DNA of 64,000 nucleotides from an uncultured SAR86 cluster bacterium (GCA_902558095.1 CACECP010000003.1:80308-144307); one strand, 5' to 3'. Counted from the stretch's first letter, positions 44,574 to 54,185 are shown. The notes: generated from the letters alone by a model not told the origin. Numbers and translations are program-made.

Positions 44574-45830
44574 TTATCTTAAAAAACCTGACCAGGCTGG
44601 CTCTCTAACAGAGCCCTCTGCAGCAGGAAGTTTAAATTTAGCCCCACTCAAAGTAACTCCCGAAAGCAGTCCCGTACCTTCTTCTTTTATAGAATAAACT
44701 ATAACATTTCCATTGGGCGAAATACTAGGAGATTCATCCATTTGAGATTCAGTAAGTGGTCTAATAAAATTTTCATCAAAATACTTAAGCGCTATTTGAA
44801 AACTTGTATTTGCCCTATGAACAAAAACTATGCCTTCATTATTAGGCAAATAAGCACCTTTTGCATTGTAATTTCCTTCAAAAGTTATTCTTTTCGGTCT
44901 AGCATTAGACTTTCTTAGGTTTATCTCATAGAGTTGAGGCGATCCTGATCTTCCTGATGTAAACATTATTTTTGATCCTTTTTTTGACCAGGTTGATTCA
45001 GTATCAATGGCGTAATGATTTGTAAGTCTGGTTAAATTCTTATTTTTTAAATTTAAGATATAAATTTCTGCATTACCATCCTGGTACATTGTTAAAGATA
45101 AAAACTTACCATCTGGTGACCATGCAGGAGAACTTATTTGAGAAGAATTTTCAATAACAACTTCTCTATTTCCAGAGGCTATATCTTGAATAAATACTTT
45201 TGCAATGCCTGTTTCAAATGAAACATATGCTACTTTTTTTGAGTCAGGAGACCATGATGGTGAAATTATTGGTTCTGAGCTTTCTAATAGTATCTGCTCA
45301 TTCTTACCATCGGCATCTGCAACTACAAGTCTATAATCCTTATTTTGTGTTACGTATAAAATTTTTGTTGATGCAATGCCTTTTATTCCAGTTATTTCTT
45401 CATATATTCCGTCACTTATATAGTGTGCTAGTTGTCTATTCTTGTTTGGAATACCAAAGACAGTTGAAGATCTTACTTTGGATCCTTTTCTAATATCATA
45501 AACCTTGTATTCAGCTTTAATATTTGAAGATTCGTTAATAAGATTACCAATAATTAAATAATCTATGTTCAAAATCCTAAAATCATTAAATACAATTTCA
45601 TCTTCATCTTTTGGAAGTGATAAAAGATCGTCATTGTCAAATATCTTAAACTCACCTGATCTCATAAGATTGTTCTTGATAATTTGATCAATTTCTGAGG
45701 TAGCCTTGTTATCTCCATTAAACTTAATAATTGCCACCCTAAATGGATCTTCAGTTCCCTGGGTTATTTCTAAAATAAGTTCTGAGGAAATAAAACCAGA
45801 AAAGCACACTAATAAAAGAAATTTTTTCAT
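44574..45830 (-). CDS. tolB: Tol-Pal beta-propeller protein TolB
   Basis: SPSWSPD..KVAYVSFE, PAWSPDG repeats, C-terminal EPAWS. Confidence 0.95.
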   Translation of the reverse strand: MKKFLLLVCFSGFISSELILEITQGTEDPFRVAIIKFNGDNKATSEIDQIIKNNLMRSGEFKIFDNDDLLSLPKDEDEIVFNDFRILNIDYLIIGNLINESSNIKAEYKVYDIRKGSKVRSSTVFGIPNKNRQLAHYISDGIYEEITGIKGIASTKILYVTQNKDYRLVVADADGKNEQILLESSEPIISPSWSPDSKKVAYVSFETGIAKVFIQDIASGNREVVIENSSQISSPAWSPDGKFLSLTMYQDGNAEIYILNLKNKNLTRLTNHYAIDTESTWSKKGSKIMFTSGRSGSPQLYEINLRKSNARPKRITFEGNYNAKGAYLPNNEGIVFVHRANTSFQIALKYFDENFIRPLTESQMDESPSISPNGNVIVYSIKEEGTGLLSGVTLSGAKFKLPAAEGSVREPAWSGFLR

Positions 45831-46453
45831 GATGGATTAAAAGTTATTACAATATTTTTAAAATTTGATGAATAAATAGATAAAGGAATCTTATTAAAAA
45901 AATTAAATGTTTCTACTCTTTGAACAGCTTTTAGAGCTGAATTATCAAATCTAATATTTCCACTACTCCTTATAAGATTTGCTTTAATAACTCTTCCATT
46001 ATTATTAATTGTCAGTCTTAAGTCACACACTAGACCATCCTGAATGTTCATTGGTTTTCTCCATGCTGACTGAATGGTTTGAATAATTAATGAGCTATAC
46101 ATCTCTACCTGACTTTGCTCTGACTCTGAAGATATCAAATCATCCTCTTTTAAAAGATCTTCAAAGCTTACAGACTCAATAAGAGAGTCAAATGAAATCG
46201 ATTTTTCTGAAGTATTATTTTGAATTATTGGCTCAGAAGATTTTATTTCTTGAGTTTGAGTCTTCTGAATTATAGGATTCGAATTATTTTTTTTAACTTT
46301 TTCTTCAAAGACTAAATTAACATTTACTGGTTTGCTTAATACCGATCTCTCTTGAGATTCAAAATAAAAAAACCCTAATAAATATAAGATAATCATTCCA
46401 TGAATGATAAATGATATAAAAGAAGCTTCTAAATAAACCTTATTTACTCTCAT
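45827..46453 (-). CDS. tolA: Short TolA / TonB-C-terminal domain protein
   Basis: N-terminal TM helix with S-x3-H (SFIIH), C-terminal SSGNIRFDNSALKAV; between tolR and tolB. Confidence 0.8.
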   Translation of the reverse strand: MRVNKVYLEASFISFIIHGMIILYLLGFFYFESQERSVLSKPVNVNLVFEEKVKKNNSNPIIQKTQTQEIKSSEPIIQNNTSEKSISFDSLIESVSFEDLLKEDDLISSESEQSQVEMYSSLIIQTIQSAWRKPMNIQDGLVCDLRLTINNNGRVIKANLIRSSGNIRFDNSALKAVQRVETFNFFNKIPLSIYSSNFKNIVITFNPS

Positions 46454-46865
46454 AACCAGATGTTACTATTCCAATTTTTGTAATGCCTATGCTTTGAACT
46501 GATGCCATAGCTTTGGCAACAGCATCAAATGAAACATCTTTGTCACTTTGAAAAACAACCTCTATTTCAGGATTAGCATCATAAATAACTTTAGATTTTC
46601 TTTTTAATTCATTTAAATCAATCGATAAAGACTCATCGCCTATGTTAATAAAATAGTCCCCATTCTCATTAATAGATATTACCAATGGTTCACTTTGGAC
46701 GCTCATTTTAGTTGTGTCTGTTTTTGGAAGATTTACTTCAATACCTTGAATTAAGAGTGGAGAAAGCACCATAAAAATAATTAACAAAACTAGCATTACA
46801 TCTATGTAAGGAACTACATTTATCTCAGCCTTAAGATTTTTTTTCTTAGCTAACCTATATATCAT
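46440..46865 (-). CDS. tolR: TolR
   Basis: EINVVPYIDVMLVLLIIFM, VNLP. Confidence 0.95.
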   Translation of the reverse strand: MIYRLAKKKNLKAEINVVPYIDVMLVLLIIFMVLSPLLIQGIEVNLPKTDTTKMSVQSEPLVISINENGDYFINIGDESLSIDLNELKRKSKVIYDANPEIEVVFQSDKDVSFDAVAKAMASVQSIGITKIGIVTSGYESK

Positions 46866-47533
46866 TAATATTTAATAGACTGTTTATAGAAAATACTCGC
46901 TAGCTCTTCAGCAAAGATTAAAGTGCTTTGACTAATATTTTCTGATTCGGAAGTAAATTTATTGAAAGCTACCACAGCAGGTATAGCTGCGAATAACCCC
47001 ATACCAGTTGCTATTAAAGCCTCAGATATACCAGGAGCCACTGCATTTATTGTGGCTTGGGTAGCATCAGACAATCCTTGGAATGATGTCATAATGCCCC
47101 ATACAGTTCCTAATAAACCTACGTATGGACTCACTGAACCAACATTTGCCAAAAATGGTAAATGTTTATTCATCTCCTCTTCATCTGAGGCAATAGATAC
47201 CCTCATTGATCTATTGATACTTTCTAGATCAAGTTCAGATATGTTTTGATCAGACTTTATGCTTTTGTATTCATCAAATGAGTTTTTAAACAAGCTCATA
47301 GCTCCATAAATAGAGCCATCATTTGAGACTTCTTTATATAAATTATCTAAATCTTTACCACTCCAAAATTTCTTAAGAAAATTATCATTTAATTTTTTTA
47401 TTTTTCTAAAAAAAATAGATCTTTCTACAATTACTATCCAAGATAAAATTGAGGCGATAAATAAAATTAACATTACTATCTTTACAACAATACCTGCTTC
47501 TAAAAAAAGGTTTAAAACTGATACATCATCCAT
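46865..47533 (-). CDS. tolQ: TolQ
   Basis: SPYVGLLGTVWGIM, VAPGISEALIAT.MGLFAAIPA. Confidence 0.96.
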   Translation of the reverse strand: MDDVSVLNLFLEAGIVVKIVMLILFIASILSWIVIVERSIFFRKIKKLNDNFLKKFWSGKDLDNLYKEVSNDGSIYGAMSLFKNSFDEYKSIKSDQNISELDLESINRSMRVSIASDEEEMNKHLPFLANVGSVSPYVGLLGTVWGIMTSFQGLSDATQATINAVAPGISEALIATGMGLFAAIPAVVAFNKFTSESENISQSTLIFAEELASIFYKQSIKY

Positions 47534-47541
47534 TATTTTTC

Positions 47542-47958
47542 CTATTTAAATATTAATAATAAATCATCTGAGAACCTTTGTGGTTTTTTTGTCATAAGAT
47601 CTATAAGACATACATCAATTCTTCCACTAACATATTCTTTATTATTTTCATCGACTATTTTTTGATAAAAAATCATTCTAGCATCAGAGCCTTTTTCAAC
47701 TGATGATTTGATTATTAGGTTATCTCCAAGCTCAGCTGCTGCGGTGTATTCCAAGTTAATTTTTTTAATAACAAATGCTAAATTAAGTTTTCTTAATTTA
47801 GTTTGGGAAACATTATTGGTTGATAAAAACTCTGATCTTGCTCTTTCAAAATATTTTAAATAATTAGAGTGATACACAACTCCTTGAAAATCAGTATCTT
47901 CAATATATATTTTTAGCTTAAGATCACTACACTTGATAATTTTGCTCATGCAATTCAA
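47542..47958 (-). CDS. ybgC: Tol-Pal-associated acyl-CoA thioesterase
   Basis: IYIEDTDFQGVVYHSNYLKYFERARSE. Confidence 0.92.
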   Translation of the reverse strand: MNCMSKIIKCSDLKLKIYIEDTDFQGVVYHSNYLKYFERARSEFLSTNNVSQTKLRKLNLAFVIKKINLEYTAAAELGDNLIIKSSVEKGSDARMIFYQKIVDENNKEYVSGRIDVCLIDLMTKKPQRFSDDLLLIFK

Positions 47959-48352
47959 TATCTTCTTGAAAAAGTTCTAAAATTATTTGTATAAAATCTG
48001 GCCATAACAAGTCCACTGTAACAAGGTTATTTTTAATATCTTTGTTAATAGAATTTGCAAGAACTCTAACTTTAATTGGTCTATTATTAAATTTATAGAC
48101 AAGAGCTGGTTTTAGATTTTCAGATTTTGACGATGAAAGTACCTGCTCCCACCAATCAGGTCTTGGTTCTGCTCCAGATCCGTATGCCTTGCACTCTATG
48201 CACCAACGCCCAAGCATAAGATCTGGCAACTCTTTAGTTCTTGTTTGTTCTAGAATTCTTTTAACTGGATTCTTTAAATTTAAATCCTCTATTAATGCAT
48301 TGGCAATTTGTCTTTCAAATGCAGCTCCTTTATTTCTAGAATTAATAGACAT
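47927..48352 (-). CDS. PD-(D/E)XK nuclease, Hjc/phage-type putative Holliday junction resolvase
   Basis: NSRNKGAAFERQIA (N-terminal helix with Glu), LPDL, IECK, followed by W..Q and PALVYK; occupies the ruvCAB slot. Confidence 0.75.
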   Translation of the reverse strand: MSINSRNKGAAFERQIANALIEDLNLKNPVKRILEQTRTKELPDLMLGRWCIECKAYGSGAEPRPDWWEQVLSSSKSENLKPALVYKFNNRPIKVRVLANSINKDIKNNLVTVDLLWPDFIQIILELFQEDIELHEQNYQV

Positions 48353-48354
48353 AG

Positions 48355-49092
48355 CTATGCTTTGGCCTCAAAGTCATCAGGGAATTCAGCATTTGTGTGG
48401 ACCTCTTGGACATCATCTAAGTCATCCATAAACTCCATTATGTTAAGAACCTTTTCAGACATTTCATGATCTATGTTCACAGACGTTTCCGCTCTAAGTG
48501 TTAACTGCGCATTAATATATTTAACCTCATTTTTCTTAAAAATCTCTAAAACATTATTAAAATCATTAGGTTCTGTTGTAACTTCAAAAAAATCTTCCTC
48601 TTCAATGTAATCGTTTGCTCCAGACTCAATTACTAAATCCATCAAATCTTCATCTGAAATTTCTTTTGAAATATGTATTAATCCAAGTTTTTTAAATAAA
48701 TATGCTACAGATCCATCTGTACCAAGATTGCCACCAAATTTAGAGAAAGCATGCCTTACATCTGATACAGTTCTATTTCGGTTATCTGTCATAGTCTCAA
48801 CAAGAATAGCAACCCCTCCTGGTCCGTATCCTTCAAATATTATTTCTTCCAAAGCTCCTGTTTCACCAGTACCAGAGCCTTTTTCTATTGCTCGTTTTAT
48901 TGTATCTTTTGGCATATTTGCTGAATTAGCTTTTTCTAAAGCTAATCTCAGTCTTGGATTGTCATTAGGATCAGGTCCATCTTTTGCAGCAACAGTAATT
49001 TCTCTAATTACTTTAGTCCAAACCTTACCTCTAGAAGCATCTTGTCTAGCTTTTCTGTGTTTTATGTTAGCCCACTTTGAATGACCTGCCAT
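48355..49092 (-). CDS. yebC: YebC/PmpR family protein
   Basis: MAGHSKWANIKHRK, EGYGPGGVA, TDNRNRT, DDVQEV. Confidence 0.97.
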   Translation of the reverse strand: MAGHSKWANIKHRKARQDASRGKVWTKVIREITVAAKDGPDPNDNPRLRLALEKANSANMPKDTIKRAIEKGSGTGETGALEEIIFEGYGPGGVAILVETMTDNRNRTVSDVRHAFSKFGGNLGTDGSVAYLFKKLGLIHISKEISDEDLMDLVIESGANDYIEEEDFFEVTTEPNDFNNVLEIFKKNEVKYINAQLTLRAETSVNIDHEMSEKVLNIMEFMDDLDDVQEVHTNAEFPDDFEAKA

Positions 49093-49095
49093 AAA

Positions 49096-50862
49096 TTATT
49101 CTTCCTTGTGTGTGCTAATAATTTTTAATTCATCGAGTTGATCTTTTTCAACTTTACTTGGTGCATCTGTTAGCAAACAGGCAGCACTCTGTGTTTTAGG
49201 GAAAGCAATTACGTCTCTTATATTAGTAGTATCAGTAACTAGCATAACTATTCTATCTAGACCAAATGCTATTCCTCCATGAGGAGGACAACCAGATGAA
49301 AGAGCTTTTAATAAGAATCCAAATTTACTTTCAGCATCTTCTTTTGAAATATTAAGAACATTAAAAATAATTTTTTGCATTGCATTGTCATATATTCTCA
49401 AGGAGCCTCCTCCTATTTCATATCCGTTTAAAACAACATCATAAGCATGAGCAATTGAATCCTTAGGATTATCTTCTAAATCTTTAGTTGAGCATTTTGG
49501 AAGTGTGAACGGATGATGGAGCGGTGTTAAATCACCTTCTTTATTGGTTTCAAACATTGGAAAATCTACAATCCAACAAGGCGCCCATTTGGTCAAATAT
49601 AAATCTAAATCTTCCCCAAGTTTTTTAATCAAACTGCTCATTGATAGATTTACGACTGATTCAATGCCAGCTCCAAAGAAAATTAAATCGTCAGTTTTGA
49701 TTTCTAAAGATTTAATTATGTTTGCTACCGTTTCTGGTTTTAAAAACTTTAGTATTGGTGATTGAATACCATTTTCTAGATCGCTCACATCATTTATCTT
49801 TATATAAGCCAATCCTTTTGCACCAAGCTTTGAGACAAATTTTGTATAGTCATCAATTTGTCCTCTAGATAATGAATTGCCATTAGGAACTTTTAGAGCA
49901 ACTACTCTTGATCCTTTTTTCTTTGCTGGTTCAGAAAAAACTTTAAATTCTTCATCTTTAACTATTTCAGATATATCAACCAATTTAAGAGGTATTCTTA
50001 AATCAGGTTTATCACATCCATAATCCCGCATAGCATCATGCCAATTAATTACTTCAAACTTTTCTAGTTTGTCACCACAAAACTCTTTAATGATATCTTT
50101 GATCATTTTTTCACTGATCTTCATTATTTCATCTTGATCAATAAATGATGCTTCAATATCTATTTGGGTGAACTCTGGCTGTCTATCAGCCCTTAAATCT
50201 TCATCTCTAAAACATCTTGCTATCTGATAATACTTATCAAGGCCGCCTATCATTAAAAGTTGCTTAAAGAGCTGAGGTGATTGGGGTAAAGCATAAAAAC
50301 TACCAGGTTGAACTCTGCTAGGCAAAATATAGTCTCTGGCCCCTTCTGGAGTAGCTTTTGTCAATATAGGTGTTTCAATTTCATGGAAATCATTTTTATC
50401 TAGATAATTCCTAATTAAGGAAGTAATTTTTGACCTAGTTATTATTCTCTCATTCATTTCTGGTCTTCTTAGATCCAGAACTCTATTTTTTAACCTAACG
50501 TCCTCATTTACTTCTTGATATTCATCAATTGGAAATACTGGAGTGCTTGCTTTACTTAGAATAACTAAATCTTTTACTTCGATTTCAATCTCGCCTGTGT
50601 GCATATTTTTATTAATTGTTCCTTCTAACCTTTTGCGAACACCACCTTTTATTTGGACAACATATTCATTTCTTATTGATTCGGCTAATTTAAAAGATTT
50701 TTCATTATCAGGGTTCACTACAGCTTGGCATATACCTTTTATATCTCTTACATCAAGGAAAATTACGCCACCATGATCTCTTCTTCTATGAATCCAACCA
50801 CAGATTGTTACTTCTTCTTTAAGATTTGAGGATGTTATTTCACCGCAATAATGAGATTTCAT
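49096..50862 (-). CDS. aspS: Aspartate--tRNA ligase (probably non-discriminating)
   Basis: RRDHGGVIFLD, TPEGARDY, LPQSPQLFKQLLM, PPHGGIAFGLDR. Confidence 0.97.
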   Translation of the reverse strand: MKSHYCGEITSSNLKEEVTICGWIHRRRDHGGVIFLDVRDIKGICQAVVNPDNEKSFKLAESIRNEYVVQIKGGVRKRLEGTINKNMHTGEIEIEVKDLVILSKASTPVFPIDEYQEVNEDVRLKNRVLDLRRPEMNERIITRSKITSLIRNYLDKNDFHEIETPILTKATPEGARDYILPSRVQPGSFYALPQSPQLFKQLLMIGGLDKYYQIARCFRDEDLRADRQPEFTQIDIEASFIDQDEIMKISEKMIKDIIKEFCGDKLEKFEVINWHDAMRDYGCDKPDLRIPLKLVDISEIVKDEEFKVFSEPAKKKGSRVVALKVPNGNSLSRGQIDDYTKFVSKLGAKGLAYIKINDVSDLENGIQSPILKFLKPETVANIIKSLEIKTDDLIFFGAGIESVVNLSMSSLIKKLGEDLDLYLTKWAPCWIVDFPMFETNKEGDLTPLHHPFTLPKCSTKDLEDNPKDSIAHAYDVVLNGYEIGGGSLRIYDNAMQKIIFNVLNISKEDAESKFGFLLKALSSGCPPHGGIAFGLDRIVMLVTDTTNIRDVIAFPKTQSAACLLTDAPSKVEKDQLDELKIISTHKEE

Positions 50863-50875
50863 GATAGTTTCCTAT

Positions 50876-51166
50876 TTAATCCTTAATTTTATCTTGTTTA
50901 GAGCCTTTCTTGGAGTTTGTTTTGGAAGTTTCTTTAGATTTATTATCATTTGAGGATTCATTTGTTGAAATATTCTTCTTTTTTCCTGTTTTAAAGTCTG
51001 TTTCATACCAACCACCACCCTTTAGTCTGAAAGATGGTGCAGAAATTAGTTTTTTAAGACTTTTTGAATTGCATTTTGGACAAATTATTTTAGGTTTGTC
51101 ACTTATTTTTTGTATTATTTCTATCTCATGTCCACAATTTGAACATTTGTAATCATAAATAGGCAT
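50876..51166 (-). CDS. FmdB-family zinc-ribbon protein
   Basis: MPIYDYKCSNCG...CPKC...FRLKGGGWYETDF; upstream of aspS as in pseudomonads. Confidence 0.9.
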   Translation of the reverse strand: MPIYDYKCSNCGHEIEIIQKISDKPKIICPKCNSKSLKKLISAPSFRLKGGGWYETDFKTGKKKNISTNESSNDNKSKETSKTNSKKGSKQDKIKD

Positions 51167-51197
51167 AAGTCCCCAAAAAAAGATAAAATTATAAACT

Positions 51198-52481
51198 ATG
51201 TTATTTTCAAAGCTACTAATACCTACTTTAAAAGATGCTCCGCAAGAGGCTGAAGTTATTAGTCATAAATTGATGCTTCGAGCAGGAATGATTCGAAAAG
51301 TAGCATCAGGTATATATACTTGGTTACCTTTAGGATTGAAGGTTCTTAAAAAGATAGAGAATATTGTTCGAGAAGAAATGGATGCATCAGGAGCTCAAGA
51401 AGTTTTCATGCCAATGGTTCAACCGAAAGAATTATGGGATGAGACCAAAAGATGGGAAAAAATGGGTCCAGAATTATTAAGAATTCAGGATAGACACGAG
51501 AGAGATTTTTGTCTTGGCCCTACTCATGAAGAAGTTATAACAGACATAATCAGAGATAATGTAAAAAGTTATAAAGAGCTTCCATTAAACATTTATCAAA
51601 TTCAAACTAAATTTAGAGATGAGGTTAGGCCCAGATATGGAATTATGAGAGGAAGAGAATTTCTTATGAAAGATTCCTATAGCTTCAATATTGATGAAGA
51701 ATCTCTACAAGAAACTTATCTGCTAATGAGAGACACCTATAAGAAAGTATTAGAAAGAATTGGTCTTGAATATAAAATTTCTGCTGCTGATTCTGGAGCA
51801 ATTGGTGGAGATAGTTCTGAAGAATTTCATGTTTTGGCTGAAAATGGAGAAGATACTATTGCTGTTAGTGACTCATCTGAATTTGCAATAAATACTGAAC
51901 TCCTTTTGAAAGAAGGTGAAGATATAAATTCACTTGAAGGAAAACCTTCTCCAGATGGAAATGGAACAATACAAATTAAGAAAGGTATTGAGGTAGGTCA
52001 TATTTTTAAACTTGGCAAGCTTTATGCTGAATCGATGAAAGCTAATGTTTTGAATGCTGAAGGTAAAGCTTCGACATTGCATATGGGTTGTTACGGAATT
52101 GGTGTATCAAGGCTTGTTGCAGCAGCAATAGAACAAAATTTTGATGAAAAAGGAATTATTTGGCCTCATAGCATAGCCCCCTTTGACATTAACATCATTG
52201 CAATAGGTTTTGATAAAGATAAAGATATTGCGTCGGCTTCAATAAAATTACATGAAGAATTAACTGACATGGGTTATGACGTTCTTCTAGATAATAGAAA
52301 GGACGGTTATGGTGCAAAAATGAAGGATTCAGAACTTATAGGAATTCCTTTAAATATTATAATTGGTAAGTCATACCTTGAAAATCAAGAAGTTGAACTA
52401 AAAGGAAGGAATGGTCAAAGTTCATCTAATCCAATTTCAGATATAAAAACAATACTAGATTTCTTTAAAGATAAAAAATAA
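51198..52481 (+). CDS. proS: Proline--tRNA ligase lacking the INS editing domain
   Basis: LGPTHEE, QTKFRDE.RPR.G.MR.REF.MKD.YS, IEVGHIF, MGCYGIGVSR; only 427 aa. Confidence 0.96.
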   Translation: MLFSKLLIPTLKDAPQEAEVISHKLMLRAGMIRKVASGIYTWLPLGLKVLKKIENIVREEMDASGAQEVFMPMVQPKELWDETKRWEKMGPELLRIQDRHERDFCLGPTHEEVITDIIRDNVKSYKELPLNIYQIQTKFRDEVRPRYGIMRGREFLMKDSYSFNIDEESLQETYLLMRDTYKKVLERIGLEYKISAADSGAIGGDSSEEFHVLAENGEDTIAVSDSSEFAINTELLLKEGEDINSLEGKPSPDGNGTIQIKKGIEVGHIFKLGKLYAESMKANVLNAEGKASTLHMGCYGIGVSRLVAAAIEQNFDEKGIIWPHSIAPFDINIIAIGFDKDKDIASASIKLHEELTDMGYDVLLDNRKDGYGAKMKDSELIGIPLNIIIGKSYLENQEVELKGRNGQSSSNPISDIKTILDFFKDKK

Positions 52482-52485
52482 GGAT

Positions 52486-52974
52486 TTAAAAGACATTGGC
52501 CTCTTCTGATTCTTTTAAAGCTTCAGCTTTATCATTCTTGATCTTAATTAATCTAGTTTTATATTCATTTTCAGAGATTGTTTTGCATCTAAGTGATTCA
52601 TAGTTAAGTCCAAACATATGGATAACATAATACATTCTTGAGGGATCTTTTCTAGATATCTGAAAATAATTAGTTGCATATTCAAGTTCAGGATTATTAA
52701 AAAGTACGTAGTACCAGTTTGAATCTTTTTCAACATTTATTTTTTGTTTATATAGAACTTTTCTTGAGTATGATAAATGCGGAGTCATTGAGGTTGTTAT
52801 CTCATATATTTCTTTATCTGGTTCGACCTTAAGAAATAAATATTCGACTTCACGTGCTAGTTCAATGCCTTGATCTCCTTCATGGGCGCCTGGTAAACAA
52901 CTAAAATTTAAAGCATTTAGATTAGTGCTAACTAGAATCAATAATAAATAAAAGGTGTTAGAAAGTTTATTCAC
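52486..52974 (-). CDS. Hypothetical secreted protein
   Basis: 162 aa with a signal-peptide-like N-terminus and two Cys; no family recognised. Confidence 0.55.
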   Translation of the reverse strand: MNKLSNTFYLLLILVSTNLNALNFSCLPGAHEGDQGIELAREVEYLFLKVEPDKEIYEITTSMTPHLSYSRKVLYKQKINVEKDSNWYYVLFNNPELEYATNYFQISRKDPSRMYYVIHMFGLNYESLRCKTISENEYKTRLIKIKNDKAEALKESEEANVF

Positions 52975-54148
52975 TTCTCTTTATAATCGTTGCATTTGCA
53001 GTTCCGCCGCCTTCACATATTGCCTGCAAACCATAAGTGGATTCTCTTCTTTCCATTTCATGTAAAAGGGTTGTCATAAGTTTTGCACCTGTAGCTCCAA
53101 GAGGATGACCAAGCGCCATTGCACCACCATTCACATTAAGCTTTGATCTATCAGCCTTTAAATCTTCAGCCCATGCAAGAGGAACCGGGGCAAAAGCTTC
53201 GTTCACTTCATATAAATCCATATCATCAATTGAAAGATTTGCAGTCTCTAGTGCCTTTATTGAAGCAGGTATTGGGCCTGTAAGCATAAAAACAGGATCA
53301 TCTCCTACAACTGATATAGATACTATTTCAGCTCTTGGATTTGCTTGAATTTTCTTTAACCCAGCATCATTACACACCATAACTGCTGCAGCGCCGTCTG
53401 TTATTTGACTTGCATTACCAGCGGTAATGACTCCACCTTCGGTAACTGGATTTAATCCAGCCAACTTATCTAAACTAGCATCAAATCTAATTCCTTCATC
53501 AGCCATAACCAAATCGTTCATTCCTTCGGCATTTCTTCCTTCTACTGGAAGTATCTCTCTGTCAAAGTATTTTGATTCAGTTGCATGAGCAGCTTTCTTA
53601 TGACTTTCTAATGCAAACTGATCTAGATCTTCACGAGATAAGTTCCACTTATCAGCTACAAGTTCTGCACCTGTAAATTGAGAGAAAAATACTCCGGGAT
53701 ATCTTTCTTTCATTCCTTCAGAATCAAAAGGAAGGCCATGTCCAGCATCATATCCATCTTTAACTGCAGCACCTATTGGAACCATGGACATAACTTCTAC
53801 ACCACCACCAATAACTATATCTTGAGTACCTGACATTACAGCTTGTATTGCAAAATGAATAGCTTGTTGAGATGAACCGCACTGCCTGTCAACAGACGTA
53901 CCAGGAACTGATTCAGGAAAAGACGAGGAAAGAATAGCATTTCTAGCAACATTTCCTGATTGTGCTCCAACTTGATCAACACAACCAAAAACCACGTCAT
54001 CAACAAGAGCTGGATCCATATCCAATCTTGTTACTAACTCATCTAAAACTTTAGCTCCTAAATCTGCTGGATGCCATAAACTAAGTCTTCCATCTCTTTT
54101 ACCACCAGCAGTTCTAACTGCCTCAACTATATACGCTTTTTCTGCCAT
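52967..54148 (-). CDS. Acetyl-CoA C-acyltransferase (thiolase)
   Basis: DRQCGSSQQA, NEAFA, GHPLGATG, CEGGG motifs. Confidence 0.95.
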   Translation of the reverse strand: MAEKAYIVEAVRTAGGKRDGRLSLWHPADLGAKVLDELVTRLDMDPALVDDVVFGCVDQVGAQSGNVARNAILSSSFPESVPGTSVDRQCGSSQQAIHFAIQAVMSGTQDIVIGGGVEVMSMVPIGAAVKDGYDAGHGLPFDSEGMKERYPGVFFSQFTGAELVADKWNLSREDLDQFALESHKKAAHATESKYFDREILPVEGRNAEGMNDLVMADEGIRFDASLDKLAGLNPVTEGGVITAGNASQITDGAAAVMVCNDAGLKKIQANPRAEIVSISVVGDDPVFMLTGPIPASIKALETANLSIDDMDLYEVNEAFAPVPLAWAEDLKADRSKLNVNGGAMALGHPLGATGAKLMTTLLHEMERRESTYGLQAICEGGGTANATIIKRSE

Positions 54149-54185
54149 AAAAAAATCCCTACTAATAAATTAATTAATAGGGATT
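54149..54185 (-). terminator. Inverted repeat plus U-tract between recA and thiolase (terminator or operator)
   Basis: Minus strand AATCCCTATTAAT-taattt-ATTAGTAGGGATT-TTTTT; 13-bp stem with one G-U pair, ending at the thiolase ATG. Confidence 0.6.

Noticed and set aside
47500-49100. Prophage remnant around the phage-like nuclease
   Set aside because: Flanking genes are core (yebC, ybgC) and tightly coupled; no other phage genes or att sites.
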